Source of the DNA: Escherichia phage phiEC1 | Sequence record: KY608965.1 | Strand: one strand, 5' to 3' | Length of the DNA stretch: 64,000 nucleotides | Shown here: piece by piece, positions 26,239 to 38,269 of the stretch | Layout: each line of letters begins with the position of its first letter | Position numbering within the stretch: the stretch's first letter is position 1 | Program-made: the position numbers and the translations under genes | Notes under the pieces: model-generated | Database searches by the model: none | The model's input: the letters and a program-made list of their open reading frames with translations, nothing else | What the model was told of the DNA's origin: nothing

Positions 26239-27971
26239 TGGAAATGATTAGCAGTAGCCTTAATTGGTTCGTGGGTGTTGTCGAGGACAGAATGGACCCA
26301 TTAAAACAAGGGCGAGTTCGAGTTCGAGTCGTTGGTCTTCATCCGGCACAGAGGGCACAAGGTGATGTACAAGGTATTCCTACAGAAAAACTTCCATGGA
26401 TGACTGTTATTCAACCTATTACGTCTGCGTCAATGTCAGGTATTGGTGGTTCTGTTACAGGTCCTGTTGAAGGAACTCGAGTATATGGTCATTTCTTAGA
26501 CAAATGGAAAACAAACGGGATTGTACTTGGTACATACGGTGGAATCGTACGTGAAAAGCCTAATAGACTCGAAGGTTTTTCCGACCCTACAGGTCAATAT
26601 CCACGACGTTTAGGTAATGATACGAACGTATTAAACCAAGGTGGTGAAGCTGGTTATTATTCGAACTCTAACGTAATTCAAGATAACAACTTGGATTATG
26701 GTATAAACCCAGATGATACAGATTTAGCAAATATTCCAGAAGATGATGACCCTAATTTTACAATAACAGAAATGTTACGTCGTGACGAAGGTCTTCGTGA
26801 TAAAGTGTATTGGGACCATCTCGGATATCCTACGGTAGGTATTGGACACCTTATCGTAATGGAAAAGACCCGAGATATGTCTCGAATTAATAAATTGTTA
26901 TCTGATCAAGTAGGGCGTGAAGTAACAGGAAATCCCGGGACTATTACATTAGAAGAAGCAACAGCGTTATTTGAGAAAGACCTTGCTAAGATGCAGAAAG
27001 ACATTCGTTCTAATTCTAAAGTGGGTCCTGTTTATGCTAAAATGAACAGATCTCGCCAAATGGCATTAGAAAACATGTGCTTCCAAATGGGCGTTGGTGG
27101 TGTAGCAAAATTCAATACTATGCTTAAAGCAATGGCCGAAGGTGATTGGAAAACTGCATACAAATCTGGGCGCGATTCATTATGGTTCCAACAGACTAAA
27201 GGACGCGCTTCACGTGTAACAACAATTATTTTAACAGGTAATATGGAATCATACGGTGTTCCTGTTAAAACACCTCCTTCACCAGGAGTTGGTGCCGATT
27301 TAGTTACTAGAAATACCGATTCAGAAGACCCGGCTGGTCCTCCTGTTCCATTAGATTCACGCATCCTTTTTAAAGAACCGGAATCAAGTTATCGTGGTGA
27401 GTATCCATACGTTCATGCTATGGAAACAGAAAGTGGTCATATTCAAGAATTTGACGATACTCCAGGTAATGAACGTTATCGCTTAGTTCATCCAACAGGG
27501 TCATATGAGGAAGTTTCTCCGTCCGGGCGTCGTACTCGTAAAACTGTAGAAGACCTTTATGACATCACTAATGGTGATGGGAACTTCTTGATTTCTGGCG
27601 ATAAGCTTGTTAACGTTGGTGCTAATGAAATATATTATAACATGGCAGACCGCCTCCATCAAATAGACGGCAATGACACAATCTTTATTCGTGGTAACCA
27701 AACTAAAACTGTTGAAGGCGATGGAACTCTTTACGTTAAGGGGAATATCAAAATAGTTGTTGACGGAAATGCAGATATTCTTGTTAAAGGTGATGCTAAA
27801 ACTCAGGTCGAAGGGAATCATGATTACACCGTCAACGGAAACGTTAAATGGACCGTTAATGGTAATGTTGATATGACTGTTGCCGGGGATTGGGCAGAAA
27901 CAATGTCTACAATGAGCTCAGTAGCTTCAGGACAATACACTGTTGACGGATCTCGTATTGATATTGGGTAA
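26238..27971 (+). CDS. 5: Baseplate hub / cell-puncturing protein with lysozyme domain (gp5)
   Basis: 577 aa; central lysozyme domain RRDEGLRDKVYWDHLGYPTVGIGHL; C-terminal VxGxxxxx beta-helix repeats. Confidence 0.95.
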   Translation: MEMISSSLNWFVGVVEDRMDPLKQGRVRVRVVGLHPAQRAQGDVQGIPTEKLPWMTVIQPITSASMSGIGGSVTGPVEGTRVYGHFLDKWKTNGIVLGTYGGIVREKPNRLEGFSDPTGQYPRRLGNDTNVLNQGGEAGYYSNSNVIQDNNLDYGINPDDTDLANIPEDDDPNFTITEMLRRDEGLRDKVYWDHLGYPTVGIGHLIVMEKTRDMSRINKLLSDQVGREVTGNPGTITLEEATALFEKDLAKMQKDIRSNSKVGPVYAKMNRSRQMALENMCFQMGVGGVAKFNTMLKAMAEGDWKTAYKSGRDSLWFQQTKGRASRVTTIILTGNMESYGVPVKTPPSPGVGADLVTRNTDSEDPAGPPVPLDSRILFKEPESSYRGEYPYVHAMETESGHIQEFDDTPGNERYRLVHPTGSYEEVSPSGRRTRKTVEDLYDITNGDGNFLISGDKLVNVGANEIYYNMADRLHQIDGNDTIFIRGNQTKTVEGDGTLYVKGNIKIVVDGNADILVKGDAKTQVEGNHDYTVNGNVKWTVNGNVDMTVAGDWAETMSTMSSVASGQYTVDGSRIDIG

Positions 27972-27974
27972 CAT

Positions 27975-28490
27975 ATGGCACAAATACTTCCTTTAAATAC
28001 CGACTTAGGAGAAGACATGGAAGGGGCGTCTATTGACGTCCTTTTTACTCCACAGTTAGAAACAACCGAAACTTTAGTGTCAATAAATATAACAGATTAT
28101 GAACCGACACAAGGCATTACGGTAGATGGTAATCGTTTATACGGAACATATGAAAGTGTGTTTAGCTTTTCTTCGGATGCATTGAAATACCGATTAAATG
28201 ATGATTTTGAAACCGCATCTTCATGGGATGATTTACCAAAAGATGAATCCACGCAGTTATATTTGTGGAGAGCTCCTCAGAATCTTCGTAAAGTGTTTAG
28301 TTATACGGTTGAAATGATTTATAACTACCAAGAAGAAAGTTCATCAGGCGGTTCTAGAAATGACTCTGGTACAGAACCTCCACCGGCTCCAGTACAAAAA
28401 ACTCTTACTAAGGTTTATACAAAAACTATAGTAGGAAATTGGAGCAAATGGGCTCATCAATTACGAAACTACGTTTATGTGAGGCCGTGA
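27975..28490 (+). CDS. 5.1: Gene 5.1 protein
   Basis: 171 aa ORF directly after gene 5. Confidence 0.6.
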   Translation: MAQILPLNTDLGEDMEGASIDVLFTPQLETTETLVSINITDYEPTQGITVDGNRLYGTYESVFSFSSDALKYRLNDDFETASSWDDLPKDESTQLYLWRAPQNLRKVFSYTVEMIYNYQEESSSGGSRNDSGTEPPPAPVQKTLTKVYTKTIVGNWSKWAHQLRNYVYVRP

Positions 28491-28492
28491 AA

Positions 28493-28786
28493 ATGTCTGG
28501 CTTAAGTTACGACAAGTGCGTTACATCAGGTCATGAAGCATGGCCTCCTACTGTAATAAATGCTTCCCAATCTAAAGTGTTCACCGGCGGTATTCCTGTT
28601 CTTGTGGCAGGAGACCAAATAACACCTCATACAGAAATTAAAAAACCATACGAGACTCATGGAGGTGTTACTGAACCTCGTACATCTAAAGTATACGTCA
28701 CTGGTAAAAAGGCCGTTCAAATGGCTGACCCAATTTCATGCGGGGATACTGTTTCTCAGGCCTCGTCAAAAGTCTTTATAAAATAG
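28493..28786 (+). CDS. 5.4: PAAR-type spike tip protein gp5.4
   Basis: 97 aa from ATG 28493 ([15 protein letters not shown]...); Cys/His-containing small protein between 5.1 and 6. Confidence 0.65.
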   Translation: MSGLSYDKCVTSGHEAWPPTVINASQSKVFTGGIPVLVAGDQITPHTEIKKPYETHGGVTEPRTSKVYVTGKKAVQMADPISCGDTVSQASSKVFIK

Positions 28787-28794
28787 GAATTAAA

Positions 28795-30768
28795 ATGGCA
28801 AACACTCCTGTAAATTATCAATTAGCCCGAACAGCGAATGCTATTCCCGAGATTTTTATCGGGGGCACATTTGCCGAAATCAAACAAAACATTATCGAAT
28901 GGCTCCATGGACAGAATGAATTTCTTGATTATGATTTTGAAGGTTCACGCTTAAACGTATTGTGCGACCTTTTAGCATATAACACTCTTTACATCCAACA
29001 GTTCAGTAATAGTGCAGTGTATGAAAGTTTTATGCGTACTGCAAACTTGCGTAGTTCTGTTGTACAAGCGGCTCAAGATAATGGATATCTGCCTTCATCT
29101 AAATCCGCAGCACAAACAGAAATTATGCTCACATGTACGGATGCATTAAATAGAAACTATATCACCATTCCACGTGGCACTCGTTTCTTAGCATACGCTA
29201 AAGATACTTCTGTTAACCCATATAACTTTGTTTCTACTGAAGATGTCATTGTAGTTAAAGACAAAAATAACCAATATTTTCCACGTCTTCGATTAGCTCA
29301 AGGACGTATTGTTCGCACTGAATTAACCTTTGATAAATTAAAACCTATCATTATTCGTGATAAGAATATTGACCGTAATTTGGTTAAGTTATACGTTGAC
29401 GGAGCAGAATGGATTAACTGGACTCGTAAGTCTATGGTTCACGCTGGTTCTACGTCAACAATCTATTATATGCGTGAAACAGTTGACGGGAACACCGAAT
29501 TTTATTTTGGTGAGGGCGAAATCTCTATTAACACATCAGAAGGTGCGTTAACATCTAACTATATTGGCGGCCTTAAACCTGTTCAGGGTTCTAAAATCGT
29601 AATTGAGTATATTTCTACTAATGGTGCAGATGCTAACGGAGCTGTAGGATTTTCTTATGCTGATACATTAGCTAATATCACGGTAATCGATATTAACGAG
29701 AACCCTAGCAATAACCCAGACTTTGTTGGGGCTGACGGTGGTGGTGACCCTGAAGATATTGAACGTATCCGCGAATTAGGCACAATTAAACGCGAAACTC
29801 AACAACGTTGTGTAACCGCTTCCGATTATGACACATTCGTCTCTGAGCGGTTTGGTTCTATTATTCAAGCCGTTCAAACATTCACAGATTCATCTAAACC
29901 AGGGTACGCATATATTGCTGCTAAGCCTAAATCTGGATTGTATTTGACTTCTGTCCAACGTGATGATATCAAAAACTATTTGAATGATTATAACTTAGGA
30001 ACTATTACTCCTGTTGTTATTTCGCCTGATTATTTGTTTATCAAAATGAATATCAAAGTTACATATGCTTTGAATAAGCTTCAAGAATCAGAACAATACC
30101 TTGAAGGGCAAATTATTAATAAAATTGACCGATATTATATTGAAGATGTAGAAATTTTTAACTCATCGTTTGCAAAATCTAAAATGCTAACTTATGTCGA
30201 TGATGCAGATATTTCTATTATTGGTTCTTCGGCTACTATTCAAATGGTTCGCGAAGTACAGAACTTTTATAAAACGCCTGAGGCCGGTATTAAATACAAT
30301 AATCAGATTAAAGATAGATCGATGGAATCTAATATATTCTCGTTTGATTCGCACAGACCTAATCCAGAAAATGCAAACGAAACTATTAAATACGGTGTTC
30401 GCATAGTATCTTCTGACCGTAATGACCGTGGCATAGGTCAAGTTATTATTGGTCCATTCGCAGACGGTGATGTTGTTGAAAACGAAAATATACAACCTTA
30501 TACAGGTAATGATTTTAATAAACTTGCTGTTACTGACGGACGAAACAAATACTATTCAATTGGTGAAGTGAATTATCCTGCCGATTCGATTTATTGGAAC
30601 ATTGCTAAAATTGACCTCACTTCAGACCGTTTTGAAGTTCAAACAATTGAACTTTATTCCGACCCTGCAGATGATATTATTTTTACAAAGGACGGTTCTT
30701 TAATCGTATTTGAAAATGACTTACGTCCCCAGTACTTAACTATAGATTTGGAGCCTATTTCACAATGA
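28795..30768 (+). CDS. 6: Baseplate wedge protein gp6
   Basis: Start at ATG 28795 (MANTPVNYQL); about 657 aa; colinear with T4 gene 6. Confidence 0.85.
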   Translation: MANTPVNYQLARTANAIPEIFIGGTFAEIKQNIIEWLHGQNEFLDYDFEGSRLNVLCDLLAYNTLYIQQFSNSAVYESFMRTANLRSSVVQAAQDNGYLPSSKSAAQTEIMLTCTDALNRNYITIPRGTRFLAYAKDTSVNPYNFVSTEDVIVVKDKNNQYFPRLRLAQGRIVRTELTFDKLKPIIIRDKNIDRNLVKLYVDGAEWINWTRKSMVHAGSTSTIYYMRETVDGNTEFYFGEGEISINTSEGALTSNYIGGLKPVQGSKIVIEYISTNGADANGAVGFSYADTLANITVIDINENPSNNPDFVGADGGGDPEDIERIRELGTIKRETQQRCVTASDYDTFVSERFGSIIQAVQTFTDSSKPGYAYIAAKPKSGLYLTSVQRDDIKNYLNDYNLGTITPVVISPDYLFIKMNIKVTYALNKLQESEQYLEGQIINKIDRYYIEDVEIFNSSFAKSKMLTYVDDADISIIGSSATIQMVREVQNFYKTPEAGIKYNNQIKDRSMESNIFSFDSHRPNPENANETIKYGVRIVSSDRNDRGIGQVIIGPFADGDVVENENIQPYTGNDFNKLAVTDGRNKYYSIGEVNYPADSIYWNIAKIDLTSDRFEVQTIELYSDPADDIIFTKDGSLIVFENDLRPQYLTIDLEPISQ

Positions 30769-33700
30769 CAGTAAAAGCGCCAGCAGTCACAAGTCTCAGA
30801 ATATCCAAGTTGTCCGCTAACCAAGTTCAAATACGCTGGGATGACGTTGGTGCTAATTTCTACTATTTCGTAGAAATCGCTGAGACTAAAACGGCAGACG
30901 GGGAAATAATTCCCCCTGCCAGCTACAGATGGATAAATTTAGGATATACTCCTAATAGCAACTGGTTCGAAAGTAGCTTAGACCCATTAACTTCTTATAT
31001 TATTCGTGTATCAACTGCCGCTGAAGGCTTCGAGAGATCCGATTGGGTATATACCGAAATATTTGAATCATTTCAGACTAACGCGTATACATTTCAACAT
31101 ATGATTGAAATGCAATTGGCTAACACTTTTATTAGAGAAAAATTTACAAATAACAACATGGCTTATGTCGATTTTAATAACGACACTATAATGGCAGCTC
31201 TAATGAATGAATCGTTCCAATTTAGCCCTGCTTATGCGGATATTTCATCTATTAAAAATTTCATTATTGGTGAAAATGAGTATCACGAAATTCAAGGTTC
31301 GATTCAACAGGTGTGCCATGATATAAACCGTGTTTATTTGATGGAATCTGAAGGAATTCTTTATTTGTTTGAACGGTATCAGCCTGTAGTTAAAGTCTCT
31401 AATGATAAGGGACAAACCTGGAAATCGGTTAAATTGTTTAATGACCGTGTAGGATACCCTGTATCAAGAACAGTGTATTACCAGACAGATTACACCACGT
31501 ATGTTCTTGGGTATGATAAATTATTTTACGGCCGTAAATCAACAGATGTTCGTTGGTCTGCTGATGATGTGAGATTTAGTTCTCAAGATATAACATTTGC
31601 TAAAATTGGTGACCAGTTAAATTTAGGATTTGATGTAGAAATATTTGGTAACTACGCATCATTACCTGCTAACGTATCACGTATTGCAGAAGCTATCGTT
31701 TGCAATGACGATTATGTATATGTTGCTGCTCGAGATAAAGTTCGTTTTATTAAAACTAGTAATGCCCCTATTGATTCAGACCCGTTATCTCCGACATATT
31801 CCGAACGTTTGTTTGAACAAGAAACATTTAACATCACAGGTAACCCTAAGGCAGTTTGCTATAAAATGGATTCTGTCGGTGGTAAAATATTTGCACTGAT
31901 TATCGGTGAAGTTGTTAATCTTAATGACGACCCAAGGACCACTCCTATTGTTGATTCTGCTGATAAGGGTGTTTACGTTCTAGACCATGATGCTGGCACA
32001 TTTAAACGTGTGTTTGGTAATACTGAAGAAGAACGCCGTCGTATTGAACCAGGGTACACCAGTATGTCTACTGATGGTGTTGAGTTATCTATTTCATCTA
32101 GTAATTTTAAATTTCTAGAATCAGATATTGTTGATGACCCAAAAACACAAGTCAAGTACGGTTTAATCGGTGCTGTTAAATATGAGTATCCTCGTGAATG
32201 GCTGGCTGATAAACATTATCATATGATGGCATTTATTTCAACTGAAGACTCTCAATGGGAATCGTTCACTCCTCAACCTATGGAATACTACGCTGAGCCA
32301 TTCTTTAGTTATTCTAGAAAGTCTGGTACTCGTTGTTGGATTAATAACTCAGACAAGGCCGTTGTAATTTATTCTGATTTACTTTACACTAAGGTTATTG
32401 AGAATCATCCACTTAGTTCTTCAGACCGTGAAGTTCATGAATATTGGAAGGACGGTGACTGTACAATAGTGATGCCTAACGTAGATTTCACCGGATTTAA
32501 AAAATATGCATCCGGCATGATTTTCTATAAATCATCAGGTGAGATTATTTCTTATTATGATTTTAGTTATCGTGTTAGAGATAATGTTTCTATAATTTGG
32601 AAGCCTACTAATATATTCTTAACAGCATCATTACAAAACCAAGAAAAAGATACCACATGGACTCCTGTAGAAGAGAACGGTATTGCAGACCCAGATTTAC
32701 GACCATTGCTCACTACAATGATGCCGGAGTCTTATCTTTTAGATAATACAAACTTCGAAGCATTCTGCGAGGCTTATATTCAGTATCTTTCTGACGGCTA
32801 TGGGACCCATTATAACAATCTTTTAAATCTTATTAAAAATCAATATCCACGCGAAGAACATGCGTGGGAATACTTATGGTCTGAGATTTATAAAAGAAAC
32901 ATTTACTTAAACGCCGAAAAACGCGATTTAGTGTCTCGTTTCTTTGAATCAAGAAGTTATGACTTCTATTCAACTAAAGGAACTGAAGCATCATATAAAT
33001 TCTTGTTTAAAGTGCTTTATAACGAAGATGTTGAAATTGAAATTGAATCTAGTTCCGGGACCGAATATGATATCATCATTGAATCTGATTCGTTGACAGA
33101 AGATTTGGTCGGACAAACCATATACACCGCGACAGGACGTTGTAATGTGACGTATATCGAGAGAAGTTACTCTAAAGGTAAATTACAATGGACCGTAACA
33201 ATTCACAACCTCTTAGGTCGTTTAATCCAAGGACAGGAAGTTAAAGCTGAAAGACTCCCTGGTTTTGAAGGTGAAATTGTTCGTGGTATTAAAGGTAAAG
33301 AGCTTTCTCAGAACAACATCGATTACATAAATCGTGGTAGAGCATACTACGTAATGAAGATTAAATCTAAACTTCCATCGTCTCGTTGGAAATCAGACGT
33401 ATTACGTTTTGTTCATCCAGTTGGATTTGGATTTATCGCAATTACACTTCTCACAATGTTTATTAACACTGGATTAACACTTAAACATGTTGAAACCATT
33501 ATTAATAAATACAAAAACTATAAGTGGGATTCTGGATTACCGACTAAATACGCAGACCGAGTGGCTAAATTAGACCCACAAGGAAATGTTGAGTTTGACC
33601 CTATTACAGGTAAAGCTATATATGAAATAGGCCCTATGGCTGGTCAAGATTATCCATTGCCTGAAGATTATAACGCTGAAAACAATAACTCTATATTTCA

Positions 33701-33863
33701 AGGTCAGCTTCCATCAGAACGACGTAAACTGATGAGCCCGTTATTTGATGCGTCCGGAACAACATTCTCTAGATTTAGAGATTTGGTTGAACAACGGTTA
33801 ATCGATAATGTAGGAAATCCAAGAGACCCCGTGAATCCACCACAGGTTAAATTAGATGAATGA
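30765..33863 (+). CDS. 7: Baseplate wedge protein gp7
   Basis: 1032 aa, same length as T4 gp7; overlapping stop/start with 6 and 8. Confidence 0.85.
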   Translation: MTVKAPAVTSLRISKLSANQVQIRWDDVGANFYYFVEIAETKTADGEIIPPASYRWINLGYTPNSNWFESSLDPLTSYIIRVSTAAEGFERSDWVYTEIFESFQTNAYTFQHMIEMQLANTFIREKFTNNNMAYVDFNNDTIMAALMNESFQFSPAYADISSIKNFIIGENEYHEIQGSIQQVCHDINRVYLMESEGILYLFERYQPVVKVSNDKGQTWKSVKLFNDRVGYPVSRTVYYQTDYTTYVLGYDKLFYGRKSTDVRWSADDVRFSSQDITFAKIGDQLNLGFDVEIFGNYASLPANVSRIAEAIVCNDDYVYVAARDKVRFIKTSNAPIDSDPLSPTYSERLFEQETFNITGNPKAVCYKMDSVGGKIFALIIGEVVNLNDDPRTTPIVDSADKGVYVLDHDAGTFKRVFGNTEEERRRIEPGYTSMSTDGVELSISSSNFKFLESDIVDDPKTQVKYGLIGAVKYEYPREWLADKHYHMMAFISTEDSQWESFTPQPMEYYAEPFFSYSRKSGTRCWINNSDKAVVIYSDLLYTKVIENHPLSSSDREVHEYWKDGDCTIVMPNVDFTGFKKYASGMIFYKSSGEIISYYDFSYRVRDNVSIIWKPTNIFLTASLQNQEKDTTWTPVEENGIADPDLRPLLTTMMPESYLLDNTNFEAFCEAYIQYLSDGYGTHYNNLLNLIKNQYPREEHAWEYLWSEIYKRNIYLNAEKRDLVSRFFESRSYDFYSTKGTEASYKFLFKVLYNEDVEIEIESSSGTEYDIIIESDSLTEDLVGQTIYTATGRCNVTYIERSYSKGKLQWTVTIHNLLGRLIQGQEVKAERLPGFEGEIVRGIKGKELSQNNIDYINRGRAYYVMKIKSKLPSSRWKSDVLRFVHPVGFGFIAITLLTMFINTGLTLKHVETIINKYKNYKWDSGLPTKYADRVAKLDPQGNVEFDPITGKAIYEIGPMAGQDYPLPEDYNAENNNSIFQGQLPSERRKLMSPLFDASGTTFSRFRDLVEQRLIDNVGNPRDPVNPPQVKLDE

Positions 33864-34860
33864 TTCAAGTGTTATCTATCGTGCAATAGTTACATCAAAA
33901 TTTAGAACAGAGAAAATGCTGAATTTTTATAATTCGGTTGGGGATGGAGATGATAAGAACTCCATTTATATTACGTTTGGACGTTCAGAGCCTTGGGCGT
34001 CAAATGAAAATGAGGTGGGCTTCGCCCCACCTTATCCTACAGATTCTGTTCTTGGTGTTACTGATATGTGGACCCATATGATGGGCACCGTTAAAGTTTT
34101 ACCTTCAATGTTAGATTCTGTTATTCCTAGGCGTGATTGGGGAGATGTGCGATATCCAGACCCTTACACGTTTAGAATTAACGATATAGTCGCATGTAAT
34201 ACTGCTCCGTACAACGCGACAGAAGTTGGAGCCGGTTGGTTAATTTACCGTTGTTTAGACGTCCCTGACGTAGGGCTCTGTTCAATAGAATCTTTAGATA
34301 ATAAAGATGAATGTCTTAAATTAGGTGGTAAATGGACCCCGTCTGTTCGTTCTATGTCTCCTCCTGAAGGCAGAGGCGATGCTAATGGGGTTATCGAAAC
34401 CGGTGATGGATATATTTGGGAATACCTTTATGAGATTCCTGCCGATGTGTCAATTAACCGTTGCACTAATGAGTATCTTGTAGTTCCATGGCCGGAAGAA
34501 ATTAAAGAAGACCCTACGCGTTGGGGATACGAAAATAACTTAACTTGGCAACAAGATGACTATGGCTTGATTTACCGTGTTAAAGCCAATACGATGCGGT
34601 TTAAAGCATATTTTGATTCTGTTTATTTCCCTGAGGCAGCTTTGCCTGGTAACAAGGGTTTTAGACAGATATCAATTATCACAAACCCATTAGAAGCTAA
34701 GAAAAATCCAAATGACCCTAATGTTAAAGCAGAAAAGGATTATTACGACCCTAGAGACCTGCAACGTCATTCTGGTGAAATGATTTATATGGAAAACCGA
34801 CCACCTGTTATTATGGCAATGGACCAAACAGAAGAAATTAACATTTTGTTTATGTTTTAA
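33856..34860 (+). CDS. 8: Baseplate wedge protein gp8
   Basis: 334 aa, same length as T4 gp8. Confidence 0.85.
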   Translation: MNDSSVIYRAIVTSKFRTEKMLNFYNSVGDGDDKNSIYITFGRSEPWASNENEVGFAPPYPTDSVLGVTDMWTHMMGTVKVLPSMLDSVIPRRDWGDVRYPDPYTFRINDIVACNTAPYNATEVGAGWLIYRCLDVPDVGLCSIESLDNKDECLKLGGKWTPSVRSMSPPEGRGDANGVIETGDGYIWEYLYEIPADVSINRCTNEYLVVPWPEEIKEDPTRWGYENNLTWQQDDYGLIYRVKANTMRFKAYFDSVYFPEAALPGNKGFRQISIITNPLEAKKNPNDPNVKAEKDYYDPRDLQRHSGEMIYMENRPPVIMAMDQTEEINILFMF

Positions 34861-34863
34861 TTA

Positions 34864-34888
34864 GGGAGCCTTCGGGCTCCCATTTTTG
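34864..34888 (+). terminator. Rho-independent terminator after gene 8
   Basis: GGGAGCC-TTCG-GGCTCCC hairpin followed by ATTTTTGT. Confidence 0.6.
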
Positions 34889-34892
34889 TATC

Positions 34893-34900
34893 TATAAATA
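34893..34900 (+). promoter_or_regulatory. T4-type late promoter TATAAATA for gene 9
   Basis: TATAAATA 33 nt upstream of the gene 9 ATG. Confidence 0.55.
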
Positions 34901-34932
34901 GAATATAATATCGGACAACAAAAGGCAGAATT

Positions 34933-35805
34933 ATGGCATTTTTTAAGCAAACTCCTAAACAATTAATCGATACCGGCGAAATTGGTAATGCCTCAACAGG
35001 TGATATCTTATTCGACGGTGGTAATAAAATAAATGACGATATCAACGCTATTTACAATGCATTTGGCGATCAACGTAAAATGGCCGTAGCAGATGGAACC
35101 GGACCTACAGGTCAAACTATTCATGCCACAGGTTATTATCAAAAAGGAAAGGCAGCTGATTATCAAACTCCTATTAAACCAGGCACTATGCATGATATTG
35201 ATGCTTCTGATGGTGGTGTGATTGTTATTATTGACCGTCCTGAATTAGGTGACTCTGTAGAATTCATAAACTCTAATGGGTCTATTTCTGTTAACAATCC
35301 TTTAAGTATCCAAGTAACCGATGGTTCGATTAAAGGTGTTCTTAATAATCTTGTTATTTCCACACCTTATACCCATGTTGTTCTTCGTTGTGTTGAAATT
35401 AATGGGCCGACTTCAGTATGGAATTATTCTACTGATAGCATGTTTGGACAGAAAGAATCTCCTGTTGATGGGACTTGGAGTCTTACAGGAAACACAGTTT
35501 CTATTCCTCTGTTTTATCGCACGGATTATAACATGGCTAAATTGCTTGTTACATGTCAATCCGCTGATGGTAGAAAAATAAAAACATGCGAAATAAATAT
35601 TCTAATAGATACAATTAACTCAGAAGTTCTTTCTACCGAATTTGCAGTAATGCGAGTTGGTAATGTAGATGAAACCGACGAGATTGCTAATATTAGCTTT
35701 AGTATTATTAACAACTTTGCTACTATGACGATTACATCCGATATTATTGGATTACGTTCAGCAGTTAAAATTATCTCAACTCAGAAAATTGGGGTCGCTC
35801 AATAA
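34933..35805 (+). CDS. 9: Baseplate wedge / long tail fiber attachment protein gp9
   Basis: 290 aa; colinear with T4 gene 9. Confidence 0.8.
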   Translation: MAFFKQTPKQLIDTGEIGNASTGDILFDGGNKINDDINAIYNAFGDQRKMAVADGTGPTGQTIHATGYYQKGKAADYQTPIKPGTMHDIDASDGGVIVIIDRPELGDSVEFINSNGSISVNNPLSIQVTDGSIKGVLNNLVISTPYTHVVLRCVEINGPTSVWNYSTDSMFGQKESPVDGTWSLTGNTVSIPLFYRTDYNMAKLLVTCQSADGRKIKTCEINILIDTINSEVLSTEFAVMRVGNVDETDEIANISFSIINNFATMTITSDIIGLRSAVKIISTQKIGVAQ

Positions 35806-37610
35806 TGAAACAAAATATTAAAATTGGTAACGTCGTTGATGACGGACAAGGCGATTACCTTCGTCGAGGTGGTGAAAAGATAAATGAGAACTTTGACGAA
35901 ATCTATTATGAATTAGGTGATGGTGAAGTTCCTTATGCCGCTGGTGCATGGAAGACTTATGATGCGGCTGATGGTCTTAATCTTAAGGCTGCTTGGGGTA
36001 AATCTTATGCAATTAATACTACTTCTGGGCGAGTTTCGGTAAATCTTCCTAAAGGGACAATTGCAGACTATAATAAAGTTATTCGTGCTCGTGACGTATT
36101 TGCAACTTGGAACATTAACCCTGTTACTTTAATTCCGGCAAACGGAGACACGATTAAAGGTTCTTCATCTCCAGTAGAAATTAACGTTCAGTTCTCTGAT
36201 TTAGAATTAGTTTATTGTGCTCCTGGACGTTGGGAATACATCAAGAACAAACAAATTGATAAAATAGTTAGCTCTGACATTAGTAACGTTGCTCGTAGAG
36301 AATATCTGGTTGAAACCCAAGGTCAGACCGATTTCATGGATGTTTTTAACGGGACCTCTTATAACGTTAACAACATTCGCGTAAAACATCGTGGCAACGA
36401 ATTGTATTATGGTGATGTATTCAGTGATAATAGTGATTTTGGTTCCCCAGGCGCTAATCCTGGTGAACTGGTTGCACTTGATGGATTTAATATTAGATTA
36501 CGCCAACCATGTAATGTTGGGGACACTGTACAAATTGAGACATTCCTAGATGGTGTTTCTCAGTGGCGTAGTTCATATACTCGTCGCCAAGTTCGCATTT
36601 TAGATAGTAAATTGACTGCTAAAAAGTCTATTGATGGAAGTATTTACGTCACTGATTTGAGTACGTTCCGATCTATTCCATTTACAGCATTTGGTATTAA
36701 TCCTACAGAACCACCTAACCCGAATTCGTTAGAAGTTCGCTTCAATGGTATTCTCCAAGAATTAGCTGGTACTGTTGGAACTCCTATTTTCCGTTGTGAA
36801 GGTGTGGATGCTGATTCTGAAGAGTCATGCGCTAATCTCGGTGGGACATGGACTCAATCATATACAGATTATGCGATTGAATATACTGATAATATCCCTA
36901 GCGCAATTCTGTTTGACCGTCAATTTGAAGACCAGGACATTATTACCATCACATGGTTTAATAACGATTTAGGAACTCTTCTTGAAATGGAAGAAATCCT
37001 TGATGTCGCTGATGAGAAATATGTTTCTCAAGGGTCTAACATTGAAATTACCGGTGACGTTGCATTAACCGATTTCGATAAAATTGGATGGCCTAATGTA
37101 GAACCTGTTCCTAAGTACGAACGTGAATTCTCGACTATCTCAGCAATATTTGATACAATTTATCCTGTCGGGACTATTTACGAAAATGCGGTTAACCCTA
37201 ATAATCCGGCCACTTATTTAGGTTTTGGTTCGTGGAAAATTTGGGGACAAGGCAAAGTATTAGCAGGTTGGAATGATGACGCGTCGGATCCTAATTTTGC
37301 ATTAAATAATAATGACCTTGACATCAACGGTAACCCTACTCATACCGCAGGTGGTACTGTTGGTGTAACAACTATCACATTAGAAAATGCCGATTTACCA
37401 GCTACACAAACAGATGAAAAGGTTCTTATTTCTGATGATAATGGTACGGTAATTATAGGCGGTTGCCAATATGACCCAGATGCAGAAGGTCCTATTTACA
37501 CTAAATATCGTGAAGACCATGCAAAGACTAACGGATCTCATGTTCCAGCGCGTTCTATAACTAATATTCAGCCATCTATAACTGTATACCGTTGGGTAAG
37601 GATTGCATAA
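35805..37610 (+). CDS. 10: Baseplate wedge / short tail fiber attachment protein gp10
   Basis: 601 aa; colinear with T4 gene 10. Confidence 0.85.
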   Translation: MKQNIKIGNVVDDGQGDYLRRGGEKINENFDEIYYELGDGEVPYAAGAWKTYDAADGLNLKAAWGKSYAINTTSGRVSVNLPKGTIADYNKVIRARDVFATWNINPVTLIPANGDTIKGSSSPVEINVQFSDLELVYCAPGRWEYIKNKQIDKIVSSDISNVARREYLVETQGQTDFMDVFNGTSYNVNNIRVKHRGNELYYGDVFSDNSDFGSPGANPGELVALDGFNIRLRQPCNVGDTVQIETFLDGVSQWRSSYTRRQVRILDSKLTAKKSIDGSIYVTDLSTFRSIPFTAFGINPTEPPNPNSLEVRFNGILQELAGTVGTPIFRCEGVDADSEESCANLGGTWTQSYTDYAIEYTDNIPSAILFDRQFEDQDIITITWFNNDLGTLLEMEEILDVADEKYVSQGSNIEITGDVALTDFDKIGWPNVEPVPKYEREFSTISAIFDTIYPVGTIYENAVNPNNPATYLGFGSWKIWGQGKVLAGWNDDASDPNFALNNNDLDINGNPTHTAGGTVGVTTITLENADLPATQTDEKVLISDDNGTVIIGGCQYDPDAEGPIYTKYREDHAKTNGSHVPARSITNIQPSITVYRWVRIA

Positions 37611-38269
37611 TGACTGTACTTAATACAAAGGCGGGAGTTATTTCCCGTCATGCTGATTTTTTGAATTACAGAAAAAATCCAGCTCAAATTGATGTTTTAA
37701 ACAACCAAGCTGTAGGTTCCGTGACTATTTCTCAGTTAGCTCGTGGTTTTTATGATGCTAACGTAGAATCTGCAATAAATGATGTCCATAATATGGCACG
37801 AGCTGATATTGGTACTGTTGTAACAAACACTTCAGGCATATCGCCTGAAGGTACAGCACAAGTTGATTATTGGACTTTTTCTGGTGATGTTCTCGACGAT
37901 ACTTTGGCCCCTGGAACGCCGGTCGTTATTAACGTATTTGGACTTGCTGTTAAAGCAACAATTGGTATGACTGATAACGAATTAACTGCACAAGTTCGTA
38001 TAGCTTTACAAGAAGCCATTGCTAATCAAATCGCTATTTCTTCTTATAAAGACCATCCATCCGAAGGTAATAAACTTCAGGTGACATATTTAGATAACCA
38101 ACGTCATGTGTTGCCAACATATGCTTCGTTTGGTGTAACAATTTCGCAAGAAATTTTGTCTGAAGCAAAATCCGGATACGGAACATGGAATTTATTGGGT
38201 GCCCAAACGGTTACTCTTGATAACCATGATACTCCTACCGTTTTCTACCACTTTGTGAGAGCCTCATGA
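37610..38269 (+). CDS. 11: Baseplate wedge protein gp11
   Basis: Start at ATG 37610 overlapping gene 10 stop (TAATG); 219 aa as T4 gp11. Confidence 0.8.
   Translation: MTVLNTKAGVISRHADFLNYRKNPAQIDVLNNQAVGSVTISQLARGFYDANVESAINDVHNMARADIGTVVTNTSGISPEGTAQVDYWTFSGDVLDDTLAPGTPVVINVFGLAVKATIGMTDNELTAQVRIALQEAIANQIAISSYKDHPSEGNKLQVTYLDNQRHVLPTYASFGVTISQEILSEAKSGYGTWNLLGAQTVTLDNHDTPTVFYHFVRAS

Noticed and set aside
27032-27364. Minus-strand ORFs inside late genes (for example 27032-27364 in gene 5, 38904-39227 in gene 12, 52617-52961 in gene 22)
   Set aside because: Embedded antisense within well-supported structural genes; no start-site signals.
28738-28794. N-terminal extension of gene 6 (MRGYCFSG...)
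   Set aside because: It overlaps the gene 5.4 coding region; the ATG at 28795 after a purine-rich stretch gives an N-terminus of the expected length.
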